This document shows, one piece after another, positions 1 through 8,212 of a stretch of DNA of 32,000 nt (position 1 is the stretch's first letter; every line of letters begins with the position of its first letter). A model generated the notes under the pieces. That model saw nothing but the letters and a program-made list of their open reading frames with translations. It was not told the origin of the DNA and did no database searches. The stretch is from Nostoc punctiforme PCC 73102 (GTDB taxonomy: Bacteria > Cyanobacteriota > Cyanobacteriia > Cyanobacteriales > Nostocaceae): NCBI RefSeq assembly GCF_000020025.1, contig NC_010632.1, positions 120,001 through 152,000 of the forward strand, given 5' to 3'. A program made the position numbers and the translations under genes.

Positions 1-1
1 A

Positions 2-361
2 ACTCTCAAAACACCAACCTATGTCCAGCTGATGAACTGGCAAGCTCAAACTGCTGCTACTCGCTTACTTGAAACTGGACAAATCACCGCGATCATTCAT
101 GATAATGCCTCTGTCCATAAAAGCTCTTTGGCTTGCCAACAGCACCAACGTTGGCAGCAACAAGGTTTGTACATCTTTTTTCTTCCTCCCTATAGTCCCC
201 AAATGAATCGGATTGAAGATGAATGGTTGCATCTCAAGCGTGACGAGCTTGCTGGTCAAGTTTTTGAGGATGAATATGAATTAGCGATCGCTATTATTGA
301 TGGTATAAATAACCGAGCTAACCACGGACATTATCAAGTTGAGCGTTTTACGTTTAATTAA
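2..361 (+). CDS. IS630-family DDE transposase, C-terminal part (5' end lies outside the window)
   Basis: The frame is open from the window edge. ...AIIHDNASVHKS...FFLPPYSPQMNRIEDEWLHLKR is the typical IS630/Tc1-mariner catalytic C-terminal region. Confidence 0.8.
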   Translation, partial: TLKTPTYVQLMNWQAQTAATRLLETGQITAIIHDNASVHKSSLACQQHQRWQQQGLYIFFLPPYSPQMNRIEDEWLHLKRDELAGQVFEDEYELAIAIIDGINNRANHGHYQVERFTFN

Positions 362-369
362 ATTGATCT

Positions 370-1028
370 ACTTATCAGAACAGTCGAAGTTTCAGTATCA
401 TTCTGCAAACTTTGGAACTTGAAGGATATTCGGTCAGTTACAGCGTCGTCAATATGGCAGGCGAGATAATTGCCCCAGGCGCGTCGGCGGGTAGTTCTGA
501 TTGCAAACAAGGGTTTTCAGGTTGGTTTACCTTTGGGAACTACACCTTGTGATTGGTACGAAGCGTTCACGAAGTGTGCCGAAGGTATCGCCCATCTCAT
601 CCCCACGATGACCGATTCCCAACTACTCCTCAAACAACAGCAAGCTTTGGAGAAATTTTTAGCCGGGAATGCGCCTACACCTCTGTTAATTGAAAGAGTT
701 GGAGGGCGCACAGAGTCCAAGTATAAACCTGGACATTTACCCTGCAATACCATCTTGCGATCGCCTCCGGCGGGCGGGTACGCCATCGCACTTCACGGAT
801 CACAAGGGTTGCAACCGGAGCAAGTTCGCTGATATCTGGTTGCCTGATGGGACAGTCAAATCTTTGACAATCCAAGGTACAGCCATTTTGCAAGGTTTTC
901 CCAGTTGGTATGAGTTCCCAAAAGAGACTACTACGGCTGGGTCAATTATCGGCTATTCTGTACCTCCCAGTTTTGCCGCGCAGTTATTTACTCACATACA
1001 GAAACAATTATCAGGAGCATTTTTATGA
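370..1028 (+). pseudogene. Cytosine-5 DNA methyltransferase remnant: C-terminal half only, with two frameshifts
   Basis: Three frames read in succession. LELEGYSVSYSVVNMAG starts at about 415. PQARRRVVLIA (motif VIII-like) lies in ORF 470-832. SLTIQGTAILQGFPSWYEF...IGYSVPPSFAAQL (motif IX/X-like) lies in ORF 690-1028. The N-terminal motifs are absent, and the remnant starts directly after the IS630 fragment. Confidence 0.6.
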
Positions 1029-1569
1029 CAAACCAAGAGCAACTCACTTAAAATGTGTTGGTACAGGTAAGGAAGAGGACAACCAACAAGCAGGGGACAG
1101 AAAAGAAGAAGCACAGAGGTTGTGCGGTGGGAGCGAATTTCCGCCTGCCTTAATGGTTTTCTTTCCTTAGCGACAGTTTACATCTGGGTTCGCAGAATTT
1201 TATTCGTGGGATAGATTCATAGCTGCCTTCAGCAAGAACTGCCCTCTGCCTTTCTCAATAAGTTATCTCAAAAAGATTAAGGGTAAGTAATTCGGATTAA
1301 CGACCAACAGTTTTAAAATCATTTTAGTTAAAATGCCCTAATTAAAGTGCCTAGAGTTGGCGTACCTAAAACTGAAGAGGCTAAATTCCCTGGGATATTC
1401 CCATCAATTATCCAGCAGTCAATCCCTAAGTTAGAAATAGTCAAAAACTCCTCAACTTTCTTAGCCATCCCGCCAGTAACATCTACTGATTTGCTCTTGC
1501 CCAAGAAAGGTTTAATCTGAGAATAGTTAGCTTGAGTAATATTGGAAACTACTTGCCCATCTCGATCAT

Positions 1570-2751
1570 CAGAAATGTTGAATGCTGATACAAAAGTTTA
1601 CATATCTAGTTACACTAACTCTAAAAAGCCTAAAATAGTCAACATGACATCATCTCTTCAAACCAATGAACATAACTTATTTTCTGACACATACAAGATT
1701 GTAAATAGCGGAATTTATCTAATAGCGTATGTCCCCATTGTTGTGGTACAGATAATATCTGTAAAATTAGATAAGCTATTAAAGTAACGTAAATTTGTAT
1801 GGTGATACCATTAACATTTTTAGTAATTAACTTGTCAAGTTTTAAGTGCATTTTCAAAAACTTCCACAACAATTCAACTCCCCAACGCAATCGATAAATA
1901 TCCCTGATTTCATAATCACTAACGGCAGCCTCTCCTAATGTTGGTAAATTGGTTACTAATCGAAACTCAGTTTTCGTTTCTAAATCACAAAAATTAATCA
2001 CTCTATAGGCTTGAGCATCATTAGATGCACCAACTTTAATTAATCCAGTTTGCTCCTCAAATTCTAACTTCCAATTGTTTTTTACCCGCAAAACAAAGTA
2101 TTTGTTTTCTTGGACTAATTCTTGGATAAATTTTAATCCAGCAAAACCTCTATCCATTACACCAACAGCATTATTTGGTAGACTAGACATCATTTTACAA
2201 CCAAATTTATAGTCATGGTCATGTCCAAAGTTTATGAAGTTATCTGATGGACTTCCAGTAGCTAAATTTAGAGAACTGAAAAGTTTTACTTGATGGTGTC
2301 CTAGTACCCATAACAATTTACTTGTGAGAGTAATAATTGTTGAATCTATTGGACAAATTGCATATTTATCATGTAACTTTTTTTGAACTTTCTTCTGTAC
2401 TAATTCATTTAATTTTTGGTAAATTTCTTGAAAAGGTTTTTGACTTCGATGTAAGTTTGCTTTAGAGAAAGTAGAAATATCTACCGGAAATCCTGTGTTG
2501 TTTAATCTGTTAAATAAATCTCGCATACTTGTTAAGCTGTTATCCATAGCATAAGATAACCAGCACTCAAAGAACAGACGACTGTTCAATACTGGATAAT
2601 CGTTTTTTGGCAGTCCTCTCAAGATATCTTTGACAATCTTGGGAAATGAATTTATAATCACTATTAAATAGATATACTTTAATCTTCCGCCCAAAATTTA
2701 ACATATTTTGGGCTGTTTTTATCGGATTTTTCTTAACATTCAACACTTTTG
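1570..2751 (-). mobile_element. IS4-family insertion sequence (1182 bp)
   Basis: The terminal inverted repeats are CAGAAATGTTGAATGCTGAT (1570-1589) and the reverse complement of 2732-2751, CAAAAGTGTTGAATGTTAAG (15 of 20 identical). A perfect 9-bp direct repeat CTCGATCAT flanks the element at 1561-1569 and 2752-2760. It carries one transposase ORF. Confidence 0.85.
1639..2694 (-). CDS. IS4-family DDE transposase
   Basis: 351 aa. DDE context is present (CPIDSTIITL, VMDRGFAG), and the IS4 signature Y-x2-R-x3-E-x6-K appears in YRLRWGVELLWKFLK. Confidence 0.9.
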   Translation of the reverse strand: MGGRLKYIYLIVIINSFPKIVKDILRGLPKNDYPVLNSRLFFECWLSYAMDNSLTSMRDLFNRLNNTGFPVDISTFSKANLHRSQKPFQEIYQKLNELVQKKVQKKLHDKYAICPIDSTIITLTSKLLWVLGHHQVKLFSSLNLATGSPSDNFINFGHDHDYKFGCKMMSSLPNNAVGVMDRGFAGLKFIQELVQENKYFVLRVKNNWKLEFEEQTGLIKVGASNDAQAYRVINFCDLETKTEFRLVTNLPTLGEAAVSDYEIRDIYRLRWGVELLWKFLKMHLKLDKLITKNVNGITIQIYVTLIAYLILQILSVPQQWGHTLLDKFRYLQSCMCQKISYVHWFEEMMSC

Positions 2752-3562
2752 CTCGATCATATACACCTGCATAATTCCCAACATTTATTAGTCTAACTTT
2801 AAACTTACCTTGAAGATAGAAGTATTTCGCTAGTTCTGCAAGCATTGCATCTGTCGAAAAGACAGTACCACCAATAGCTTGATCTAGAACGACATCACCG
2901 AAAACTAAAGGAATTAAACCTGCTTGTAGACTGCTTTCTATCCCACTAAAGTCACTCTTCAATAGTTTTTTGTTGTGAGTAATTATCATACTAATAGGTG
3001 GCAAACTTACCACTGGTAAACCTACTTGTAAAAAACTTTTAGCTAGTAGGAAATTTAAATCTAAAGCATCTTGGTGGACTAAGCAGAACCCTAGTTTTTC
3101 TTCATCACCTGAAAAACCGTTAATTGTATTATATTTATTCGCTGATTGGTGGGCGAAAGAACCAGCACCGTTACCAATAATCAGTTTCAGATTAGGATTT
3201 TCACGTTTGATTAGGCTCACTTGCTCAACCAGTTGTGTTATAACTTCTCTTCGAGCAGTATAAGGTTTATCCTTGTCAGTAATTAAGGAGCCTCCTAGCT
3301 TCACTAATACTAATTCCATAATCAAATATTAAATGAGGGAAGACAAAAACTTATAAAAAACTAATCCTAGACAAAAAAAATCAAAATTGCTAATAATTTC
3401 AACACAATTTAACAAAATGCATGAAAGTAAACAGTAAATTTTGGTTACAAAATAATGCAGAATTTATCGACCAGAATACATATGTCAGTCGTCAGAAAAC
3501 AGGTATGAATTCTGTACGACACAACGACTGCAGTCAGTGCATCACTGAAGAATGAATAAGGG

Positions 3563-3601
3563 GGTTTAAGACCCCCACAAAACTAGAATTTTTGGTGGTC
3601 T
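3563..3601. repeat. Short hairpin repeat, copy A (GGTTTAAGACCCCCAC-N16-GTGGTCT)
   Basis: Nearly identical to 9873-9912 and related to 27519-27559. The arms AGACC..AC and GTGGTCT can pair. Confidence 0.7.
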
Positions 3602-3693
3602 AGTTGAAATGTAGGCGATCGCTATTACTCCTACGCTTGTTAGCAGCAGTTTTGGAGTATTACTATATACCATGTTCCTAAAGTTATTTTCCA

Positions 3694-4341
3694 CTACTGC
3701 CGGGTTAGTGCGTGATTAAGCTTTTTTTTCTCGAAGCTTTTTATCTTCATAGCAATCATCCCCGCATATATTAGATCAAAAACAAAAATCGCAGTATATA
3801 AAAATATAAATAAAAGTGATCTACCTTGTGTTGGATGATTAATATAAAAACCAATGGAAGCCAGCAAAGTTCCTATCATTTTGAAGATAGCAATAAAGAT
3901 TGATTGACCTCGGACAGTATTACGTTTGGTCAACATATCAATAAAGAGAATAGACATGAGAAGATTTTGCCCAAAAGCTGTATACGCACCGCTCCAATCT
4001 TGAAATTCATCTGTGATTAACAGGACACAGCAAAAGCTAGTAAATAAAGTTAATATAAACACTGGATAAAATAATTTATTTGGTATGTCCTTCAACTCAG
4101 ATTGCCCAAACTTGAAAAATCCATACAAGATAATTAAATCAAGCATCAACCACACAATATTGATTTGAAGTTGTGGTGGCTGATGAGGATGAATAAAAGA
4201 AAATATAAATTCCCAGGAAAGATTGGCACACAACGCAACCAATGGCATTCCATACGTTTGATCTTTAAAGCCACGTTGAATCAACAAAATATAAGTCAGT
4301 ATCCAAAATGCTCCGCTGCCAAGCATTAAATAAGTTCCCAT
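3694..4341 (-). CDS. 7-TM integral membrane protein, putative Pyr4/PaxB-type membrane terpene cyclase
   Basis: 215 aa with about 7 hydrophobic helices. A Shine-Dalgarno AAGGAGG sits 9 nt upstream of the ATG. The segment FKDQTYGMPLVALCANLSWEFIFS resembles the remembered hallmark KD.TYGM..PLC.N..WE of Pyr4/PaxB. There is an acidic residue in TM2 (E44) and one in the last TM (D189). Confidence 0.55.
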   Translation of the reverse strand: MGTYLMLGSGAFWILTYILLIQRGFKDQTYGMPLVALCANLSWEFIFSFIHPHQPPQLQINIVWLMLDLIILYGFFKFGQSELKDIPNKLFYPVFILTLFTSFCCVLLITDEFQDWSGAYTAFGQNLLMSILFIDMLTKRNTVRGQSIFIAIFKMIGTLLASIGFYINHPTQGRSLLFIFLYTAIFVFDLIYAGMIAMKIKSFEKKKLNHALTRQ

Positions 4342-4570
4342 AAATCATTACCTCCTTTATGCTTTTTAAAAATCCAAATTCTTACGGGCTGTAATACAAT
4401 TATTCCTCTTATACAAAGTAAATAATGCACTGCATGTCTAATACAAAGTTACTGAGCATGAGTGTTAACTCTAGTTAACCGCCTGTGCAATGAAAAACTG
4501 CCCTAGGGCAAGGAGTCCAGAGCAGTGCTTGTAAAAAAAATTAAATATGGGAGTTTTAAACTGTTGCCCC

Positions 4571-4830
4571 CCTCTTTACATCTAATTTGTTCGCTATGTA
4601 ATACTCTTCAGTTCAAGTTTTGTACTTTATGCAAAAAGAGCGAAAAACTGTGAAATCTTCACTATACAAGGGTTAGGCGCAATAAACCAAGCTCAATACA
4701 ACACCCTTGGCTGAATACGTACAACCAATGGTTATCAAAATTTGGTCAAACATAAATGCACCATTACCCCAAAAAACAATCGCAGGCTGTGGAGGGGCGA
4801 TTGTAACAAGGGCACAGGAGAGGCGATTGC
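4571..4830 (+). ncRNA. Conserved intergenic element copy 1: candidate promoter plus structured RNA
   Basis: Homologous to 10153-10492. It has a -35 TTTACA (4575-4580), an 18-nt spacer and a -10 TAATAC (4599-4604). Stems AATGGT/ACCATT (4727-4732/4760-4765) and CAATCGC/GCGATTG (4777-4783/4797-4803) are conserved. No ORF is conserved between the two copies on the + strand. Confidence 0.4.
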
Positions 4831-5043
4831 TTACGATAGATGCACTTTCACAAAAATACTCTACCGATTTATTCACATCAATAGAGTATATAAATTTACT
4901 ATAATCATCTTTTACCAACATTCAGTTTATGACTTAGTAATTATTTATACCCCTGTATAAATACTGCAAATCTTGCCTATAGTTTACGTGGGGTTTCCCT
5001 TGCGTCGGCACGGCAACTCACAACCGAACACTAAAAAAAACCT

Positions 5044-5139
5044 ATGTTTCGACTCGGTGAGTTGGTCGAGTTTCGATTTTACGGTGATGGGTCATCGATT
5101 CAGATTGTCCAGCGAATTTTTAAGCTATGCAGGCAATAA
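5044..5139 (+). pseudogene. Truncated paralogue of the small ORF at 8281-8456
   Basis: MFRLGELVEFRFYGDGSSIQIVQRIFKLCRQ*. Positions 5080-5118 match 8283-8321 at 31 of 39 nt (YGDGSSIQIVQRI versus YGDRPPIRIVQGI). Confidence 0.3.
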
Positions 5140-5307
5140 CTAAGGCTCTATTCCTTCATCAATCCAAGCATCAATTGCTGTTTTTACCTCTAATTCAGTC
5201 ACGGCAGACCATTCTCTTTCGTTGATAGTTGTTTTAAATACCGCTCTTTTACCGTAACCAACTTTTTCCATTGAGTGTCCGCGATACACATTTTTAGGCT
5301 TAATCAT
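5140..5307 (-). CDS. Hypothetical small protein (55 aa)
   Basis: ATG-to-TAG ORF MIKPKNVYRGHSMEKVGYGKRAVFKTTINEREWSAVTELEVKTAIDAWIDEGIEP, below the ORF-track cutoff. No clear RBS and no recognised family. Confidence 0.25.
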   Translation of the reverse strand: MIKPKNVYRGHSMEKVGYGKRAVFKTTINEREWSAVTELEVKTAIDAWIDEGIEP

Positions 5308-5443
5308 TTTTCTTAATCATATTTAGAGAATATTATAAACTTTCGCTCAATAAGAAGAGTAGTTTGATTTTCTATGATGGCTGCTGATTGAGGAGATTAT
5401 CATAACTGTAGTGTTAGGCTTGTAGTGAGGACATGACATCAGC

Positions 5444-6613
5444 CTAGAGGAGATTAGTAATTAACGGTGCGAGTTTAGAAGCCATAACCTCTATACTATA
5501 TTTTTCTACACATCTTTGTCTGGCTTTAATACCTCGCTGGTTTGCTGATTCTAAATTCTCAAATATTAATCGAATTTGTTTAACAATTTGTTCAGGACAA
5601 GAAGGCTCAACTAAATAACCAGTATCACCTAAAATTTCGGGAATATCTCCAACACGTGTTGATAATACAGGTTTAGCCATTGCCATTCCATCAGTCAACT
5701 TCAAAGGAAATTGAGCGCGAGTTTCTGGAGTATCTCGCTGGGGAACGACAACAATATGAGCAGCAGCAACTAGATCCGGCATGGCATCAACTGGATACTT
5801 TGGTAGTTTGATAATCCAGCGTCCCCAACGTTGTTGAAGTTGTTGATCGTAATCATCATAAGGACTGCCACCAATAATCACTAATTTTAAGTCTGGCTGA
5901 TTAATTTTTTCTAACGCTATAAGAACATCTTCTAAACCTTTATAAGGTCTAGGTGCACCAGGAAACATTAAAATTCGGTATTCAGATAAATTATAGCGAC
6001 TTCTACTAGAATCAGGATTACATTGAGCCGGATCAAATAAAGAGGTATCCTTGCCATTAGGAACCAACATACCACCAAAACGCTGCTGCAAAAATTTAGT
6101 ATGCACCGTCACAGCATCCGCATGATTTACTAAACCTTCCATCCATTTAACGTACAAAGGATGATATGGGCTCCTGAGTGCGCCGTCTGATTTCAATAAA
6201 TCCCTAGCTAATTGTTTCAGTGTCGGACAATAACGCCAGTTGTCACCACCATGCCAGCTAAGTTCCCAATCATCTATGTCTAAAATCACTGGTTTTCTGC
6301 TGTATAAACTTTTTAACAGTGCAACTCCGAAACTCGCTATCTGTGGTTTAATTGCATAAATTATATCTCCATCAATATGTTTTAAAACTTTGTTGACTGC
6401 TGGAAAAAATTTCGGATAATTTCCACCTTCTATAGCAAAAAGTTTCGTATCAGATGGAATGGCAGCAGAGAGATTTTTGTTAAATAAAAATCCTAATATT
6501 TCTGTTTCATAACCCAATTTTTCTAACGCTGATTTCAATAACGATGCTCGAATGAAACCATCATTAGTAGACAAATTCCATACAAGCAGCGATATCTTTA
6601 GTTTAGTTTTCAT
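5444..6613 (-). CDS. Glycosyltransferase, family 4 (GT-B fold, group 1)
   Basis: 389 aa. The C-terminal half (...LKLVIIGGSPY...VVPQRDTPETRAQFPLKLTDGMAMAKPVLSTRVGDIPEILGDTGYLVEP) is typical of the GT1/GT4 nucleotide-sugar binding domain. Confidence 0.85.
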   Translation of the reverse strand: MKTKLKISLLVWNLSTNDGFIRASLLKSALEKLGYETEILGFLFNKNLSAAIPSDTKLFAIEGGNYPKFFPAVNKVLKHIDGDIIYAIKPQIASFGVALLKSLYSRKPVILDIDDWELSWHGGDNWRYCPTLKQLARDLLKSDGALRSPYHPLYVKWMEGLVNHADAVTVHTKFLQQRFGGMLVPNGKDTSLFDPAQCNPDSSRSRYNLSEYRILMFPGAPRPYKGLEDVLIALEKINQPDLKLVIIGGSPYDDYDQQLQQRWGRWIIKLPKYPVDAMPDLVAAAHIVVVPQRDTPETRAQFPLKLTDGMAMAKPVLSTRVGDIPEILGDTGYLVEPSCPEQIVKQIRLIFENLESANQRGIKARQRCVEKYSIEVMASKLAPLITNLL

Positions 6614-6762
6614 TTCGATAACATTTGATAATTATGATTTAAGAAAAAACTGCCAAATCAAAAACCTACATTACTTATTGTAAATATTTCAGGAATTAGC
6701 TGAATAATTTATAGCTAAAAGTACTTTTTTAATCTTTCAATAAATCAATCTTTTTACTGTAT

Positions 6763-6972
6763 TTACGATGAAATTTCAGTAATTCTATATAAGCTAATGG
6801 TACTACTATGGGCCAAAAAAATAGTTATTAATACTAAAATTATTCCAGATAAAAAGTACTGCTTTCGGCTCATGTCTTTATCATCTATCAAGAAAAATAA
6901 CCATTGATTCAACAAATACCAAGCAAATACTAAATAAACGGTTATTCCGATATATATTAGAAGTAAATTCAA
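6763..6972 (-). CDS. Hypothetical small membrane protein (2 TM)
   Basis: 69 aa with two hydrophobic segments. It lies upstream of the GT4 gene on the same strand. No recognised family. Confidence 0.35.
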   Translation of the reverse strand: MNLLLIYIGITVYLVFAWYLLNQWLFFLIDDKDMSRKQYFLSGIILVLITIFLAHSSTISLYRITEISS

Positions 6973-7463
6973 TACTAAACCTCTATTAATAGTAAAGTTT
7001 GAGTCAGCATTAGAAATAGAAAAAATATTTTTTTGAATATCTAATTAAAAAACTAATTGATTTTTATAAAAGCCTAACCTTTATTTTATAAATTTTACTC
7101 TTTGGCCATAAACCTCTGAATTCGTGTGAATGTTAGAAATTTTTATAAAATAGATAATCTAAATATTGTGAAACTAAAATTTTCACAATAATATCTCTTA
7201 AAATTTAAAATTTACAGAATATAAGCTGCGATTGCAATGAATAATCCTTTGATTAACTTGTCAATTTTTTATTAGTGCTGGATAGTTTGCCTTTTTTGCT
7301 TAACTTCGACAAACTCCAAGTCCAGTAAGCTGTCTAACTCGGATTTCTCACCACACCTCTCAAAGCCTGTGCTTGTGCAGGGGAGAGTTCAAATACTAAG
7401 TTCCTTCCCCTCTGCCCCTCTGCTCTATCAAACGCCTGAAGCTTGTGAGAAATGCGGGTCTAG

Positions 7464-7814
7464 ATATCTCCTAGTCACAATCACGACTTTGCTACGAATA
7501 ACCAGAAATCCCAATCCACACAGATATCGCCAAGTACCACTGCCATCGGCAACAATCCAACATCATCTGCGGCGGATTTCTTTGCCTCGGCACAACTAAC
7601 TCAGGCAATAAACTTGCTCTCTCATGAAAACCGAAGCTATCAACCCGGCATTCGTGAGGTGGCTTTTGGGATTCCCGTTGGAGTAGCCAAGGGGATCAAG
7701 GGTAATTATGATGCCCGTCGTGCTTATGGTTTGAGTTGTTCTCCCCGGCAAGCTGCGATCGCTTGGAAACGGATTGATTATTTGTGGAGTCTAAACTCCT
7801 GTCAGGAGGCATAA
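7464..7814 (+). pseudogene. ORF remnant of unknown function
   Basis: The frame is open from 7464, but the first possible start is TTG at 7614. It overlaps ORF 7369-7599 in another frame, which is consistent with a frameshifted gene. The stop overlaps the RBS of the next ORF. Confidence 0.2.
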
Positions 7815-7879
7815 GCATGATTAACCAAGTCCCGAATCTAGAAACTTGTTGGTATCTTTCACCTCCTTGGGGTCAAACC

Positions 7880-7904
7880 AATTCGCAATTCGCAATTCGC
7901 AATT
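7880..7904. repeat. Heptanucleotide tandem array (AATTCGC)x3 plus AATT
   Basis: Read directly from the sequence. It is the reverse complement of the array at 8213-8280. Confidence 0.9.
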
Positions 7905-7924
7905 TTAGGAAAGGAACTAAATGT

Positions 7925-8212
7925 ATGAGTCAACAATTTAGCATTACTGAGAGAACGCAAGCTTTGGCAATAAGAATAGTTAAAGCTTGTAGTTTCTTAT
8001 ATGAAAAACCTGGAGTTTGTCGAACATTATCGAAGCAATTACTACGAAGTGGAACAGCTATCCAATTCGCAACTCGCTTTTTCGCCCTTCGCAGTTAAGT
8101 CAGCAATGATTTTAAGCTTATATCAATTTAAAGATAGTGAGTATTTAATTAAATTGGAATTGATAAACCAACTGAACATTAAATTGCTTGCAATAAGTAT
8201 TTTGTATTTTAC
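7925..8212 (+). pseudogene. Four-helix-bundle protein gene (23S rRNA intervening-sequence protein / Avd-like family), decayed
   Basis: MSQQFSITERTQALAIRIVKACSFLYEKPGVCRTLSKQLLRSGTAI matches the usual N-terminus of this family. After about 8070 the expected continuation appears only in fragments across frames with stops (SNDFKLISI*, EYLIKLELI). Confidence 0.6.

Larger units (their letters stand above)
1328..3325 (-). pseudogene. Isopentenyl phosphate kinase-like gene (amino-acid-kinase superfamily) interrupted by an IS4-family element
   Basis: The N-terminal part (2752-3325) contains VKLGGSLITDK, GNGAGSFAHQ, LVHQDALDLN, FGDVV and GVYDR. The C-terminal part (1328-1569, below the ORF-track length cutoff) reads DGQVVSNITQANYSQIKPFLGKSKSVDVTGGMAKKVEEFL...IIDGNIPGNL...GTLIRAF*. 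Deleting the IS and one duplication copy gives an in-frame 807-nt ORF. Confidence 0.8.

Noticed and set aside
65-893. The - strand ORFs 65-259, 517-786 and 675-893
   Set aside because: They are antisense shadows of the IS630 transposase fragment and the methyltransferase remnant and have no recognisable features.
4673-4960. Three mutually overlapping ORFs (4673-4921 on the - strand; 4707-4904 and 4742-4960 on the + strand) as real genes
   Set aside because: They overlap each other inside the duplicated intergenic element. The + strand frames are broken in the second copy (10153-10492). The - strand similarity has no conserved start or stop.
7369-7599. ORF 7369-7599 as an independent gene
   Set aside because: It starts inside a CTGCCCCTCTGC-type repeat, has an unnatural composition, and overlaps the longer open frame 7464-7814. 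At most it is part of a frameshifted remnant.
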